This document shows, piece after piece, positions 27,399-36,790 of a stretch of DNA of 54,904 bases. The notes under the pieces are model-generated. The model was not told the DNA's origin, did no database searches, and saw only the letters and a list, made by a program, of their open reading frames with translations. The DNA is from Candidatus Fermentibacterota bacterium (GTDB taxonomy: Bacteria > JAFGKV01). Position numbers and translations under genes: made by a program. Within the stretch, counting starts at the first letter, position 1, and each line of letters begins with the position of its first letter. Location of the stretch: contig JAFGKV010000029.1 in NCBI GenBank assembly GCA_016928395.1, forward strand, positions 1 to 54,904, in the 5' to 3' direction.

Positions 27399-28547
27399 AT
27401 GGATAGGAGAATCTCTCTCCCTGCAGTGATGGTGGCAGCAGCACTGGCTCTATCGTCAGGCTGTGCCTCGACGCGGGCAATCATCGCGAACGTTGATGAC
27501 CCTAATGCTCGCGCAGCCTACGAATCGTCCATCGGGGCCACCCCGCTTCACGGCTGCGCCGCCTTCGGGTCCGTGGCACAGGTTGCTGATCTCCTGCGGC
27601 AGGGAGCCGACGCCAATGCCCGTGACCGGCTTGGACAGACTCCCCTCTTCCCCGCGGTGCTCCGAGGCGAACGGCGCGTCGTAGAGGAACTTCTGTCGCA
27701 CCGGGCCGATGTGAACGCCAAGACCGACCAGGGCGTCACTCCACTGCACGTGGTTGCATCGGGGGAAAAGGACCTCAAGGGCATCATGACCCTGCTTGTG
27801 TCGCGGGGTGCTGACGTGAACGCGGTAACCCGGCAGGGCGAGACCCCGCTCCACCTGGCGGTGAGACACGGCCACCGCGGGAGTGCCAAGGTACTCCTGG
27901 ATCGCGGCGCCAATGTCAATGCCGTCGACATCAGCGGTGTGTCGCCGCTATATGAATCCGCACGGCGGGGAAACACGGACATCGCCAAAGACCTTCTCAC
28001 CAAAGGCGCAGATCACAACGCTCGTTCGCAGACCGGGGCAACGGCCCTGCATGCTGCAGGACTCTACGGCCACGACGGCATGGTCAAGCTCCTACTGGAC
28101 AATGGCGCCGACCCCAATGCCCGGTCGACCAACGGTTCGGCACCCCTGCATGTCGCGGCCGCCGCCGGCCATCGTAAGGTGGTCGAGCTGCTCCTGGCGC
28201 GCGGCGCCAATGTGGGCGCCACGAATGATGACGATCTGACTCCGCTGGGCATTGCCAATAAGTTCGGCCAGGGCAAGATCGCCGAGGTCATGCTCAAGAC
28301 CATGCCGCCTTCTGAACCGGCAACGGGGACCAGCGTCGAGGCCTCGAAGACTCCGGCCGCCAAAGAAGTTCGCCAGCCTGACGATGAAGCTGAGGCCAAG
28401 CAACCGGCATCGCTGAAACAGCCAAGGGATGCCTCGCCGCAGTCAGTCACGCAGAGGCTTGAGAAGCTGAAGGAGCTCTTCGACAAGGGCCTCATAGATG
28501 AGGACGAATACCGGGACGAGCGCGCACGGATCCTGAAGGAGCTGTAG
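27399..28547 (+). CDS. Ankyrin-repeat lipoprotein with C-terminal SHOCT domain
   Basis: AAAGGAG RBS; lipobox LSSGC; about 7-8 G.TPLH..A...GADVNA repeats; C-terminal RLEKLKELFDKGLIDEDEY...RARIL. Confidence 0.9.
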   Translation: MDRRISLPAVMVAAALALSSGCASTRAIIANVDDPNARAAYESSIGATPLHGCAAFGSVAQVADLLRQGADANARDRLGQTPLFPAVLRGERRVVEELLSHRADVNAKTDQGVTPLHVVASGEKDLKGIMTLLVSRGADVNAVTRQGETPLHLAVRHGHRGSAKVLLDRGANVNAVDISGVSPLYESARRGNTDIAKDLLTKGADHNARSQTGATALHAAGLYGHDGMVKLLLDNGADPNARSTNGSAPLHVAAAAGHRKVVELLLARGANVGATNDDDLTPLGIANKFGQGKIAEVMLKTMPPSEPATGTSVEASKTPAAKEVRQPDDEAEAKQPASLKQPRDASPQSVTQRLEKLKELFDKGLIDEDEYRDERARILKEL

Positions 28548-28761
28548 GCACTCACCAGCGGGTGGTCCACCTGATCGGGCGCTCGCGACGCCGGCGTATG
28601 CGGAGACCTGCTATTCTAACCTTGGAATAGTCGAGCAGATTCTCTCGTCCTTTGGGTGGATGCCGTGTGGTACCCCCGCAACCTCGTGTGGTGCGCGGAT
28701 TGTGGGCAGGATATGCCAGGCGAGCGCCCCGCTTGACCATGAGGCACTCGTGGGCAGCGCC

Positions 28762-30018
28762 TCATGGTCGCCCCATTCCCCCCTCCACCATGGCCACCCC
28801 GTCCACGAGAGACAGCTCATGGATCGACCACAGATCTGCATATGACGGACAGCGGGCCGGGTACTGCCGCCCCACCGCGTCGCGCAGTGCAGGGATCGCG
28901 TCTGCCCGGACTACTGCGCCCGAAGCACCTTTGTCCCCGCCTCCCAGCATGCGTTCACCCCACACCCCGGGAACGGTGCGTGCGATATCGCACATGGCCT
29001 CCAGCTCCGGCCCAGATACTTGGTAGTCATCACGGAGGCCGATCCCATCGTGTCGGAAAATGCCGCCGACGGTTCTCATGTCGCCGCGGCGCCAGGCGTC
29101 GAGCAGTCGGGGGAAGCGTAGCTGAGCCTCGTGCAGATACGTGAGTCGTGGGAGCAGCCGGGGAGGCACGCTGATGACGCCACATTGGATGGCGGCATAC
29201 TGATCTGATGAGACCTCTGCCAGTGTCCGCACCGCGAGACCCGCCCGATTCAGGAGCCGCACCAGTTCATCACACTCCTGCCGCCTGATACGGTAGGTGG
29301 ACTCCTCGAGACCAGGCCGCGCAGTGCCCGTGTCGAGCATCACAAACCTGAAATCAGCGGCGGATTCGGGAAGGGCGACGTGACTCACCTCCTGACGGGA
29401 TGGATCGAAGAGCGTGCCTGTCCCGGCGCGGCCGAAGAGGATCATCACCTGATCCATAATGCCACACGGCGAGCCGATGTAGCGGTTCTCCACCGCCTGG
29501 GCCAACTCAGCCACGCGGAGCCGGTCATCCATGACACGGCCGTTCACATCCAGCAGTGCGAGAATCAAATTGATGGAGAGCGAGGCCGAACGCGACATGC
29601 CTCCCCCGGGGATCTCGCTGTAGATCACGCCCTCAATGCCCCGAGTCAGGGGGATGCCTGATTCTTGGAGGACATGCGCTACACCCAATGGGAATCTGGC
29701 CCATGTACCTTTGATCGAGGGTGATCGCGGCGGGGGAAGCTCATTCAAAGTGAACTCCACGAGTCCCTCGTGGGCAAAGGAGGCGCTGAACAGGCGAACG
29801 CTGCGGCTGTCCGTGCCCCGATATGCACACCATATGAAGCGATCAACACTGACGCCGAACAACTCCGTGCCATTATAGTCGCCATGCTCAACGCTGAGGC
29901 ACAGCCGCGATGAGGTACGGCGGACCGACGCCGTGTCTAGTACAAACCCTGCCGTTGATGCAGCATGAGCCATAGCCGCGATGGCGCGACGGTCTGCATC
30001 GTGTAGGTTGGACTGCAT
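28762..30018 (-). CDS. Divergent galactokinase-like GHMP kinase
   Basis: SRLCLSVEHGDYNG (cf. GRVNLIGEHTDYN), IPGGGMSRSAS, GSPCGIMDQ, Y..RR.EC, LRDDYQVS.PEL and GERMLGGG. The start is uncertain. Confidence 0.82.
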   Translation of the reverse strand: MQSNLHDADRRAIAAMAHAASTAGFVLDTASVRRTSSRLCLSVEHGDYNGTELFGVSVDRFIWCAYRGTDSRSVRLFSASFAHEGLVEFTLNELPPPRSPSIKGTWARFPLGVAHVLQESGIPLTRGIEGVIYSEIPGGGMSRSASLSINLILALLDVNGRVMDDRLRVAELAQAVENRYIGSPCGIMDQVMILFGRAGTGTLFDPSRQEVSHVALPESAADFRFVMLDTGTARPGLEESTYRIRRQECDELVRLLNRAGLAVRTLAEVSSDQYAAIQCGVISVPPRLLPRLTYLHEAQLRFPRLLDAWRRGDMRTVGGIFRHDGIGLRDDYQVSGPELEAMCDIARTVPGVWGERMLGGGDKGASGAVVRADAIPALRDAVGRQYPARCPSYADLWSIHELSLVDGVAMVEGGMGRP

Positions 30019-30320
30019 CACACTACTCCAGAGCGAGCGCGTTGATCTTAAGCACCAACGGTCTGGGCCTGAGGGTGCGGACACAGACCCAACGGCGATC
30101 CTCGATTCGGCCTCTACGGCTGTTGCCGGGATTCTCGGCGCCGCACTCCGTGTCGTGGATTGCACTGTATGGCCGCTGAGAGAGCCGCATGCTCATTGGC
30201 ATTGGCCGGCGTACCGATCATCACCCTTGAGCGTCTGGGCACACTCAGAGCTAATTGGGCGGAAGCCCCGTTCGTCAAGTGCGAGGACGTGCTCGCCGTC
30301 ACCCCCGGAAGGGCGCCTGT

Positions 30321-32090
30321 ATGGAAGCAGCGATTCTAGTCTTGATCATCATTGCTTCAGTCGTGCTGTTCGTAACCCAAATCGTACGCATCGAAGTCAC
30401 CTCTCTGTTTATCCTGGCGGCGCTTTCACTCACTGGCATTCTCGGCGGCGAAGACGTCCTGTCAGGTTTTTCCAGCCCCGCCACCATCACCGTGGGCGCC
30501 ATGCTTGTCTTGAGTGCGGGGGTCGCCAAGGCAGGCGTCGCGGACTACGCGGCGGCCCTCCTTCAACGGTGGGCCGGCACGACCCAATGGGGCCTCCTGC
30601 TCGCCCTGGGAGTGACGGTGAGTTTCTTCAGCGCATTCATAAATAACACTGCCATCGTTGCCATCACCGTTCCGATAGTATTGACGCTGTGCCAACGCAC
30701 CGGCCGGGCGCCCTCCAAGTTCCTCCTACCCGTGAGCTACTTCGCCATCATGGGCGGAACATGTACGCTCATCGGGACCAGTACCAACATCATCGTCGCA
30801 TCGATTTCCCGATCGTCGGGAGGCCCACCTGTCCATATGTTCGAGTTCACCAAAATGGGCCTGCTGTGCCTTCTTGCCGGCATCGCCTGCATCCTGCCTC
30901 TGGCCCGCTTCTTGCCGACACGCACCACGTTGGGTCTCATGCTGTCTCCGCGTGCCCGCAGCCAGTTCGTGAGTGAGGTGGAGATCCCGCCGGGAAGCAG
31001 GCATGCCGGTAAAGCGGTGGGCGAACTACTGAAGGAGATCAGGATCCTCGAGATCTTCCGGGGAGACGAATCGCTCCTGTGGCCCGCACCGGATCACACC
31101 ATCCTCGCGGGCGATATCCTCCTCATCGAGGGCAGTGCCAAGGCCATCGGCAATCTGATGGACAGTGCGGATGTGGCGCCGGCCACCGTGGTGGCGGACG
31201 ATGAACGGGTCACTATTCGACAGGTCGATCGTACGGTGACCGAGCTGGTTATCACCCCTGCCTCGCGGTTCGTCGGCCAACGCGTGAAGGACATAGGGCT
31301 TAGGAGGCGCCACGGCATTGTCGTGCTGGCGGCACGGCGCCTGGGGGTCGGGCATCACATGTACGGCCTGAGGAAGATGGCCCTTCGCCCTGGGGACGTG
31401 CTCCTGGTGCAGGGAAGCATCGAATCCCTGCGCGATCTTCAGGAAGGCGGCGATGTCCTACTGGTGGAAGGAATAGATCGAACCATGACCTTTCCACACC
31501 GGGCGCCGTGGGCGGTGGGAATCCTGAGCTCGGTGGTCGTGCTCGCTGCCCTGGATGTGGCGCCACTGGTAGCACTGGCGCTCTTGGGCGTCGCGCTGAT
31601 GCTAATGACCCGGTGTCTCACCGTGGCAGAGGCCACCCGGGCTTTGGACAGCTCGGTGCTCTTTCTGCTGGCGGGAACCATCCCCCTCGGTGTGGCGATG
31701 AACAAAACGGGGATCGCCCACTACTTGGCCGAGAATCTGGTAAGGCTGGCAGGCGGCCACGAGCTGGCCCTGGTCGGAGGCTTCTGCGTGCTGACCGGCC
31801 TCCTGACCGAAATCGTCTCGAACAACGCCACCGCCGCCCTCCTGACTCCCGTTGCCCTGGCGGTTGCCTCGACGTCAGGCGTAAATCCTAAAGCCATGCT
31901 CATGGCCATCATCTTCGGCGCCAGTTCGAGCTTCGCAACCCCTCAGGGATACCAGACCAATGCCATGGTGATGGGAGCTGGAGGCTACCTTGTCCGCGAC
32001 TACCTTCGGGTAGGCCTGCCGCTGAAGATCGTCATCCTGGCAACGGCCATCGCGCTGATTCCCCTCTTCTGGCAACTGCGAGCCGTCTGA
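30321..32090 (+). CDS. SLC13/DASS-family permease with two TrkA-C (RCK-C) domains
   Basis: SAFINNT, GGTCTLIGTSTN, SNNATA and SFATP.GYQTN.MV; central soluble region with two GD.LL+.G motifs. Confidence 0.93.
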   Translation: MEAAILVLIIIASVVLFVTQIVRIEVTSLFILAALSLTGILGGEDVLSGFSSPATITVGAMLVLSAGVAKAGVADYAAALLQRWAGTTQWGLLLALGVTVSFFSAFINNTAIVAITVPIVLTLCQRTGRAPSKFLLPVSYFAIMGGTCTLIGTSTNIIVASISRSSGGPPVHMFEFTKMGLLCLLAGIACILPLARFLPTRTTLGLMLSPRARSQFVSEVEIPPGSRHAGKAVGELLKEIRILEIFRGDESLLWPAPDHTILAGDILLIEGSAKAIGNLMDSADVAPATVVADDERVTIRQVDRTVTELVITPASRFVGQRVKDIGLRRRHGIVVLAARRLGVGHHMYGLRKMALRPGDVLLVQGSIESLRDLQEGGDVLLVEGIDRTMTFPHRAPWAVGILSSVVVLAALDVAPLVALALLGVALMLMTRCLTVAEATRALDSSVLFLLAGTIPLGVAMNKTGIAHYLAENLVRLAGGHELALVGGFCVLTGLLTEIVSNNATAALLTPVALAVASTSGVNPKAMLMAIIFGASSSFATPQGYQTNAMVMGAGGYLVRDYLRVGLPLKIVILATAIALIPLFWQLRAV

Positions 32091-32114
32091 ACTTAAGACG
32101 ACCTCCCTAACCCA

Positions 32115-33110
32115 TCACTCTCCATCCCGGACGATACGGCTTCCACCCGATGATTTGGCGCGGTACAGGTTGTGATCCACGCGGGAGAACAGTGATTCCC
32201 AGGTGTCTCCCTGCCTCAATAGCGTCACCCCGATGCTGGCCCGTACGGGCTTCGTAAGCGGAGGAAAGTCGTTCGTGCGGGCCCCAAGGCTGGCCAGGAT
32301 CTGCTCGGCTCTAAGCAAGGCATCATCCTCACTCATTCCGGGCATCACCACGAGGAACTCGTCACCCCCGAGACGAAATGGCAGATCGGTCTGCCGCACG
32401 GCGACCTTGAGTACGCTGGCCACCTCTCGGAGCACGGCATCCCCGATCTGGTGGCCAAAGCGGTCATTCACCTTCTTGAACTGATCGAGATCGATCAGGA
32501 GGGCGGCCAGCTCACTGCGACCTGCGCAGGCACGCTCCATCATCACGGGAATCTGGCAATCCAGGCATCGCCGGTTGTAGAGGCCGGTGAGCCCATCAGT
32601 CCGCGCGCGGAGTTCGGCGACGTCAAGCTCTTGCTGTGTTCTTCGGAGATAGTCGAGGCTCTGCTCAAGCTCTAGATTCCGCCGGGTGAGATCCGCCACA
32701 AGCTGCTGCTCGGACTCCACCAGATAGGCACAGGTCTGCACCAGAAGAACAGCCAGCAGGGCGGGCCGGTCCCGGAGAATCTGGTCGAAAGCGGCCTGAT
32801 CCAGTTCCCGGAGAACGCTATCCGCGGCAGCAGCTGCCCCGGCGGTGCGCGGTCTCCGTCCAGTGAGCAAGGCCAACTCGCCGAAGAAACTCCCCGGTCC
32901 CAGCTTCTTGCGGGCCTTGCCGTGCTCGAAGATCAGCTCAATCTCTCCCTGCTCAACGACGTACATGGTCTCGCCCTCGTCTCCCCGGCTGAAGACGGGT
33001 GCTCCGGCGCCGAACTTGGTCTTTCGGCCAAAGCCTGAGAGTTCCCTGATGAGTTCCGCAGTCAGGGTAGCCCGGGGCGAACGCTGCATGACAATGGAGG
33101 GGGATTCCAT
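32115..33110 (-). CDS. Diguanylate cyclase with N-terminal cyclic-nucleotide-binding domain
   Basis: cNMP domain: GD....MY+V..G...GSFFGELALL...PRTA. Coiled coil, then TDGLTGLYNRR, DLD.FK.VND.FGH..GD, RQTD I-site and RLGGDEF. Start is ATG 33110 or GTG 33158. Confidence 0.93.
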   Translation of the reverse strand: MESPSIVMQRSPRATLTAELIRELSGFGRKTKFGAGAPVFSRGDEGETMYVVEQGEIELIFEHGKARKKLGPGSFFGELALLTGRRPRTAGAAAAADSVLRELDQAAFDQILRDRPALLAVLLVQTCAYLVESEQQLVADLTRRNLELEQSLDYLRRTQQELDVAELRARTDGLTGLYNRRCLDCQIPVMMERACAGRSELAALLIDLDQFKKVNDRFGHQIGDAVLREVASVLKVAVRQTDLPFRLGGDEFLVVMPGMSEDDALLRAEQILASLGARTNDFPPLTKPVRASIGVTLLRQGDTWESLFSRVDHNLYRAKSSGGSRIVRDGE

Positions 33111-33433
33111 GGGCGCTCCACTACGGCTCGGAGAAAGGCGCAATTCGGTGGTGAGCACGCCCTGATATTACGCCCGAACACTCCTGGGATCAAATTCGAT
33201 GTGCCCCACGGCGGCGTAGGACAAGAGACGAAGGAAGGAACCATGCCTCCTGGCGAGCCGGTTGAACACCGCACGATTACACCCTCCTGAAGAATGGGAT
33301 GAACCCCGAGCTCTTTCGCGCGGCGAGAGTATGATCTCTTGTGTTTCGGCTCATCGCTGCCCTTGCCAACGAAGCTCCCGCCACGAGAGGCAGACCATCG
33401 TCCGCAAGATCCTCTGAAAGAACAGCAAGGATT

Positions 33434-33495
33434 ATGTTGACATGGAATACTCCGTTCTATACTATTCGTCGATGATTTAGTCACTCATGGAATAC
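33434..33495 (+). promoter_or_regulatory. Sigma70-like promoter with repeated putative PadR operator
   Basis: TTGACA (33437-33442)-17 nt-TACTAT (33460-33465); CATGGAATAC repeated at 33441-33450 and 33486-33495. Confidence 0.6.
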
Positions 33496-33550
33496 CTCAC
33501 GCTCTGCCCAATCGCACGGGCGTTGAGAATACGCTGAGAGGAGGCATTGA

Positions 33551-34153
33551 ATGGCGCAGTTGAGGAAGAACGAGCTTGCCGCTCTTGGCCTGGTGAATCG
33601 CGAGCCGATGCACGGCTACGCACTCACCCAGGCGATCCAGCATCTTGGTCTTGAGCAATGGACCACCGTGTCCCGGTCATCGATCTATGCCGCGCTTCGT
33701 CGGCTCGCTCGGGAAGGGGCCGTCTCCATCACGCACGAGCGAGAAGGGAATGCCCCGGAACGGACCGTCTATCATATCACCGCAGCAGGCCGTTCACTGC
33801 TGCTGGAGATACTTCGCGAAGCGGTGAGCTACATCGGGCCGGAGGATCGATACTTCTACCTGGGCATGGCGTTCGCTGAGGCGCTTCCCATGGGGGAGAT
33901 ACTCGATCTCCTCGCTCGCCGACTCCGGCAACTCACGGAGGGCATGCTGCACGAGATAAAGGATCACGAGGATGTGATCTCCTCCGGCAGGTGTCCTAAT
34001 CAACTCAGCATCATGACGCAGGGGGGCATTCGCCATCACGAGATCGAGATCGACATCTGTTCGCAGCTTCTGGACATGTATCGCTCCCGACAGGGCGACC
34101 TCGATGTCGACCGTCTGTCCCGGCATGGAGGTCGAAATGGCGAATCATCATAG
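33551..34153 (+). CDS. PadR-family transcriptional regulator
   Basis: LGL+...PMHGY.L, SIYAALRRL..EG and P.RTVY.IT..GR; GGAGG RBS. Confidence 0.92.
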   Translation: MAQLRKNELAALGLVNREPMHGYALTQAIQHLGLEQWTTVSRSSIYAALRRLAREGAVSITHEREGNAPERTVYHITAAGRSLLLEILREAVSYIGPEDRYFYLGMAFAEALPMGEILDLLARRLRQLTEGMLHEIKDHEDVISSGRCPNQLSIMTQGGIRHHEIEIDICSQLLDMYRSRQGDLDVDRLSRHGGRNGESS

Positions 34154-35627
34154 TATGGCTCGCTTTCTCCGGCCTCTCGCCAGACGGTGCATCATCGCAG
34201 GGTGCCTGATCCTGCTGGTTGCGGGCGGCGCCACCACGCCCGCCGCGCAGCCGGGCCTGGATTCATCGGGCAGCGCCACGGGCGCCGATGCGGTCATCAC
34301 GCTCCCCGAGGCAGTAGGAAAGGCATTGGCCAGCAATCATGGTCTCGCGGCTGCCCGTGAGGGCTACCGCGCCGCGACGTGGGCGCACCGTCAGGCCAAG
34401 GCCAATCTTCTCCCCTCGATCTCCCTCGAATCCAGCTACACACGGCTGGACGACGAGACGGTCGCCCGAGCCAATGCGTTCGGTCGAGAGATCACCATGT
34501 TCTTCCCGGATAGTACGGGCCAGCTCCAACCCTTCACCATCCAGATACCCCAGACCGTGTTTCGTGATGGGTATCAGACATCGGTGAACGGCCAACTGCT
34601 AGTGCTCAATCCGGCCGTATGGAACGGAGTCGGCCTGGCCGGTGCCGCCAAGGGGATGGCTGAGGGGGAACGAAACCTGGCCGTGCAACGGGCCGTGCAT
34701 CAAACGGTGCGGGCCTACACAGAGCTTCTGAAGATGCGATCATTGAGTCTGCTTCAGGAGGACCATGTTGCCCAGGCCGAGCGCAACCTGGCCCAAGCGG
34801 AGCGCTTGGCAGGCGTTGGGCGTTACGGCGAAGCCGATGTGCTCCGCTGGCACGTAGAGGTTGCCCAGCAGCGCGGCCTGCTGGCAGATACCCGCCGAGG
34901 TCTTCGTGTGGCCTCGCTGACGCTGGAGAACCTCCTCGGCCTGGATCCCAAGGGGATTACCCAGGCGGACTCCTCCCTGCCGGGGTCACTCAGGAATGCC
35001 GTTGACCACTATCGAAACCTGGATGCCAAAGGCTGGGATGAGTTCTTGAACCGAAGCCTCCAGGATGTGGTCGTCCGGAATCCCCAGCTGGATGTGCTGG
35101 CGCAGAGCCAGGCTCTGGCACGCCTGCAGCACCGCCAGAGTCTGACCTCATTCCTCCCCAGCATGACTATTGCCGGATCCTATGGCTGGCAGAACAATGA
35201 CACACCCGAGATGGATGGGGAGAAGACATGGTCTCTCACTGCGGCGGTCAGCGTGCCCCTATTCACCAGTTTCTCCAACCTCTCGGGATACCAGAACACC
35301 AAGCACAAGGCTCGGCAGGCCCAAGAGGCAAGCCACGATGCGCGCCGTGGCATCTTGCTGGCGGCCGAAGCGGCGCGGACCGCGATGAGGAGTGCCGCCG
35401 TGCACCTCGACCTGGCAGAAACCGGTCTGATCAGCGCCCGCCGGAATTACGAGATCCAGCAGAATCGGTTCACCTTGGGTCGACTGGGAAATCTGGAATG
35501 GATCGATGCCAATCTGGCGCTGCGATTGTCTGAACAGGGATACCACACCAGCTACTACGACCTGGTTCTTGCCATTGCAGACTACTACGAAGCGATGGGC
35601 GAGATTCTGGCACTTCTGGAGGAGTAA
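34137..35627 (+). CDS. TolC-family outer membrane efflux protein
   Basis: ITL.EAV..AL..N, LLPSISL, FLPSMTI and VSVPLF; C-terminal Y..G....L+..DA motif; GGAGG RBS. Confidence 0.88.
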   Translation: MANHHSMARFLRPLARRCIIAGCLILLVAGGATTPAAQPGLDSSGSATGADAVITLPEAVGKALASNHGLAAAREGYRAATWAHRQAKANLLPSISLESSYTRLDDETVARANAFGREITMFFPDSTGQLQPFTIQIPQTVFRDGYQTSVNGQLLVLNPAVWNGVGLAGAAKGMAEGERNLAVQRAVHQTVRAYTELLKMRSLSLLQEDHVAQAERNLAQAERLAGVGRYGEADVLRWHVEVAQQRGLLADTRRGLRVASLTLENLLGLDPKGITQADSSLPGSLRNAVDHYRNLDAKGWDEFLNRSLQDVVVRNPQLDVLAQSQALARLQHRQSLTSFLPSMTIAGSYGWQNNDTPEMDGEKTWSLTAAVSVPLFTSFSNLSGYQNTKHKARQAQEASHDARRGILLAAEAARTAMRSAAVHLDLAETGLISARRNYEIQQNRFTLGRLGNLEWIDANLALRLSEQGYHTSYYDLVLAIADYYEAMGEILALLEE

Positions 35628-36790
35628 TGCTCATGGCACGAGTACCATCCACTACGCTCACGAGAACACGAGTGCTCTCTGTTGTTCGAGGCATCTTCAC
35701 TACGGCTCTGACCGCGGTGCTGGCAGCAGGGTTAGGCTGCCAGAAGCCTGCGTCTCGGGCTGAAACCCTGGCAGCCGTCCCCGTGGAGATCATCGAGGTC
35801 ATCCCTGCATCCCTGGAGGAGACCACTGCACTCTCCGGCGTCTTGGCGGCTATCCGCGGGGTGGATGTCGTATCGGAAGTCGCCGGTAGGATCGAGACCA
35901 TTCACCGGGACGTCGGGCAGACCGTTCGCGAAGGTGATCCTCTGGCAACCCTGGATACGCAGGTCATGCGCGAGACGCTGAATCAGGCGGAGGCGGCTCT
36001 GCTGGCTGCGGGGGCGCGCCATGCAATGGCCAAGGAAGACCTTTCCCGCGATTCGACTCTCTTCAGCCATGGCGATATCGCCCAGGCGGCCCTGGATGCC
36101 GGCACCATGGCGTATACCGCAGCCTTGGCGGATCTCAAGGCGGCCCGAGCCGCTCGGGAGTTGGCTGCCAGAAGCCTGAGCGAAGCAGACATCCGCGCGC
36201 CTTTTGCAGGCGTAGTGGCACGGCGTCACTGCGATCTTGGCTCCTACGTAGCACCGGGGATGCCGGTTTTCCGCGTCGTAGCCCTTGATTCCTTGCGTCT
36301 GGTGGTAAACGTGTCACAGAGGCACGTCGGTCGTCTCTCGGTGGATGGGAGCGTCACCATGACCACCGATGCACTGGGTGACCGCCAATTCGTGGGACGA
36401 ATCCGCTCCATCTCCCCGGAAGCGGATAGCATGACCCGCACGTTTCCCGTCGAAGTCCTGTTCGCAAACCCTCCTGGCAGGCCGCTGCGCAGCGGCCTGG
36501 TGGTCAGGGCAACGCTGATGCTGGGGGCACTGGATGAGCGTATCGCCGTGCCTCGGGAGGCGGTCATCCGTCGGACAGGTGGGCACTTCGTATTCGTGGT
36601 GGCCGATTCGGTTGCGACGCAGCGGATCGTGACCCTTGGTCCCCTGATCGGCGACCAGTACGTGGTCGAAGAGGGATTGGAGTCGGGCGAGCAGCTGGTA
36701 GTGGCCGGTGTGCAGAATCTTCACGACGGGGCACCGGTCTCCATCGAGGCCCATGGCACCGTTCAGAAGGGTGAGGAGGAGAGTCCATGA
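35627..36790 (+). CDS. RND periplasmic adaptor (membrane fusion protein), lipoprotein
   Basis: LGC lipobox; SEVAGRI..+..DVG..V..GD.L, IRAPFAGVV, TRTFPVEV, VPREAV and GL..GE.+VV.G. Confidence 0.93.
   Translation: MLMARVPSTTLTRTRVLSVVRGIFTTALTAVLAAGLGCQKPASRAETLAAVPVEIIEVIPASLEETTALSGVLAAIRGVDVVSEVAGRIETIHRDVGQTVREGDPLATLDTQVMRETLNQAEAALLAAGARHAMAKEDLSRDSTLFSHGDIAQAALDAGTMAYTAALADLKAARAARELAARSLSEADIRAPFAGVVARRHCDLGSYVAPGMPVFRVVALDSLRLVVNVSQRHVGRLSVDGSVTMTTDALGDRQFVGRIRSISPEADSMTRTFPVEVLFANPPGRPLRSGLVVRATLMLGALDERIAVPREAVIRRTGGHFVFVVADSVATQRIVTLGPLIGDQYVVEEGLESGEQLVVAGVQNLHDGAPVSIEAHGTVQKGEEESP

Noticed and set aside
33160-33430. c-di-GMP riboswitch or hammerhead upstream of the GGDEF gene
   Set aside because: Only isolated GAAA/GATGAG words are present; the required paired stems could not be built.
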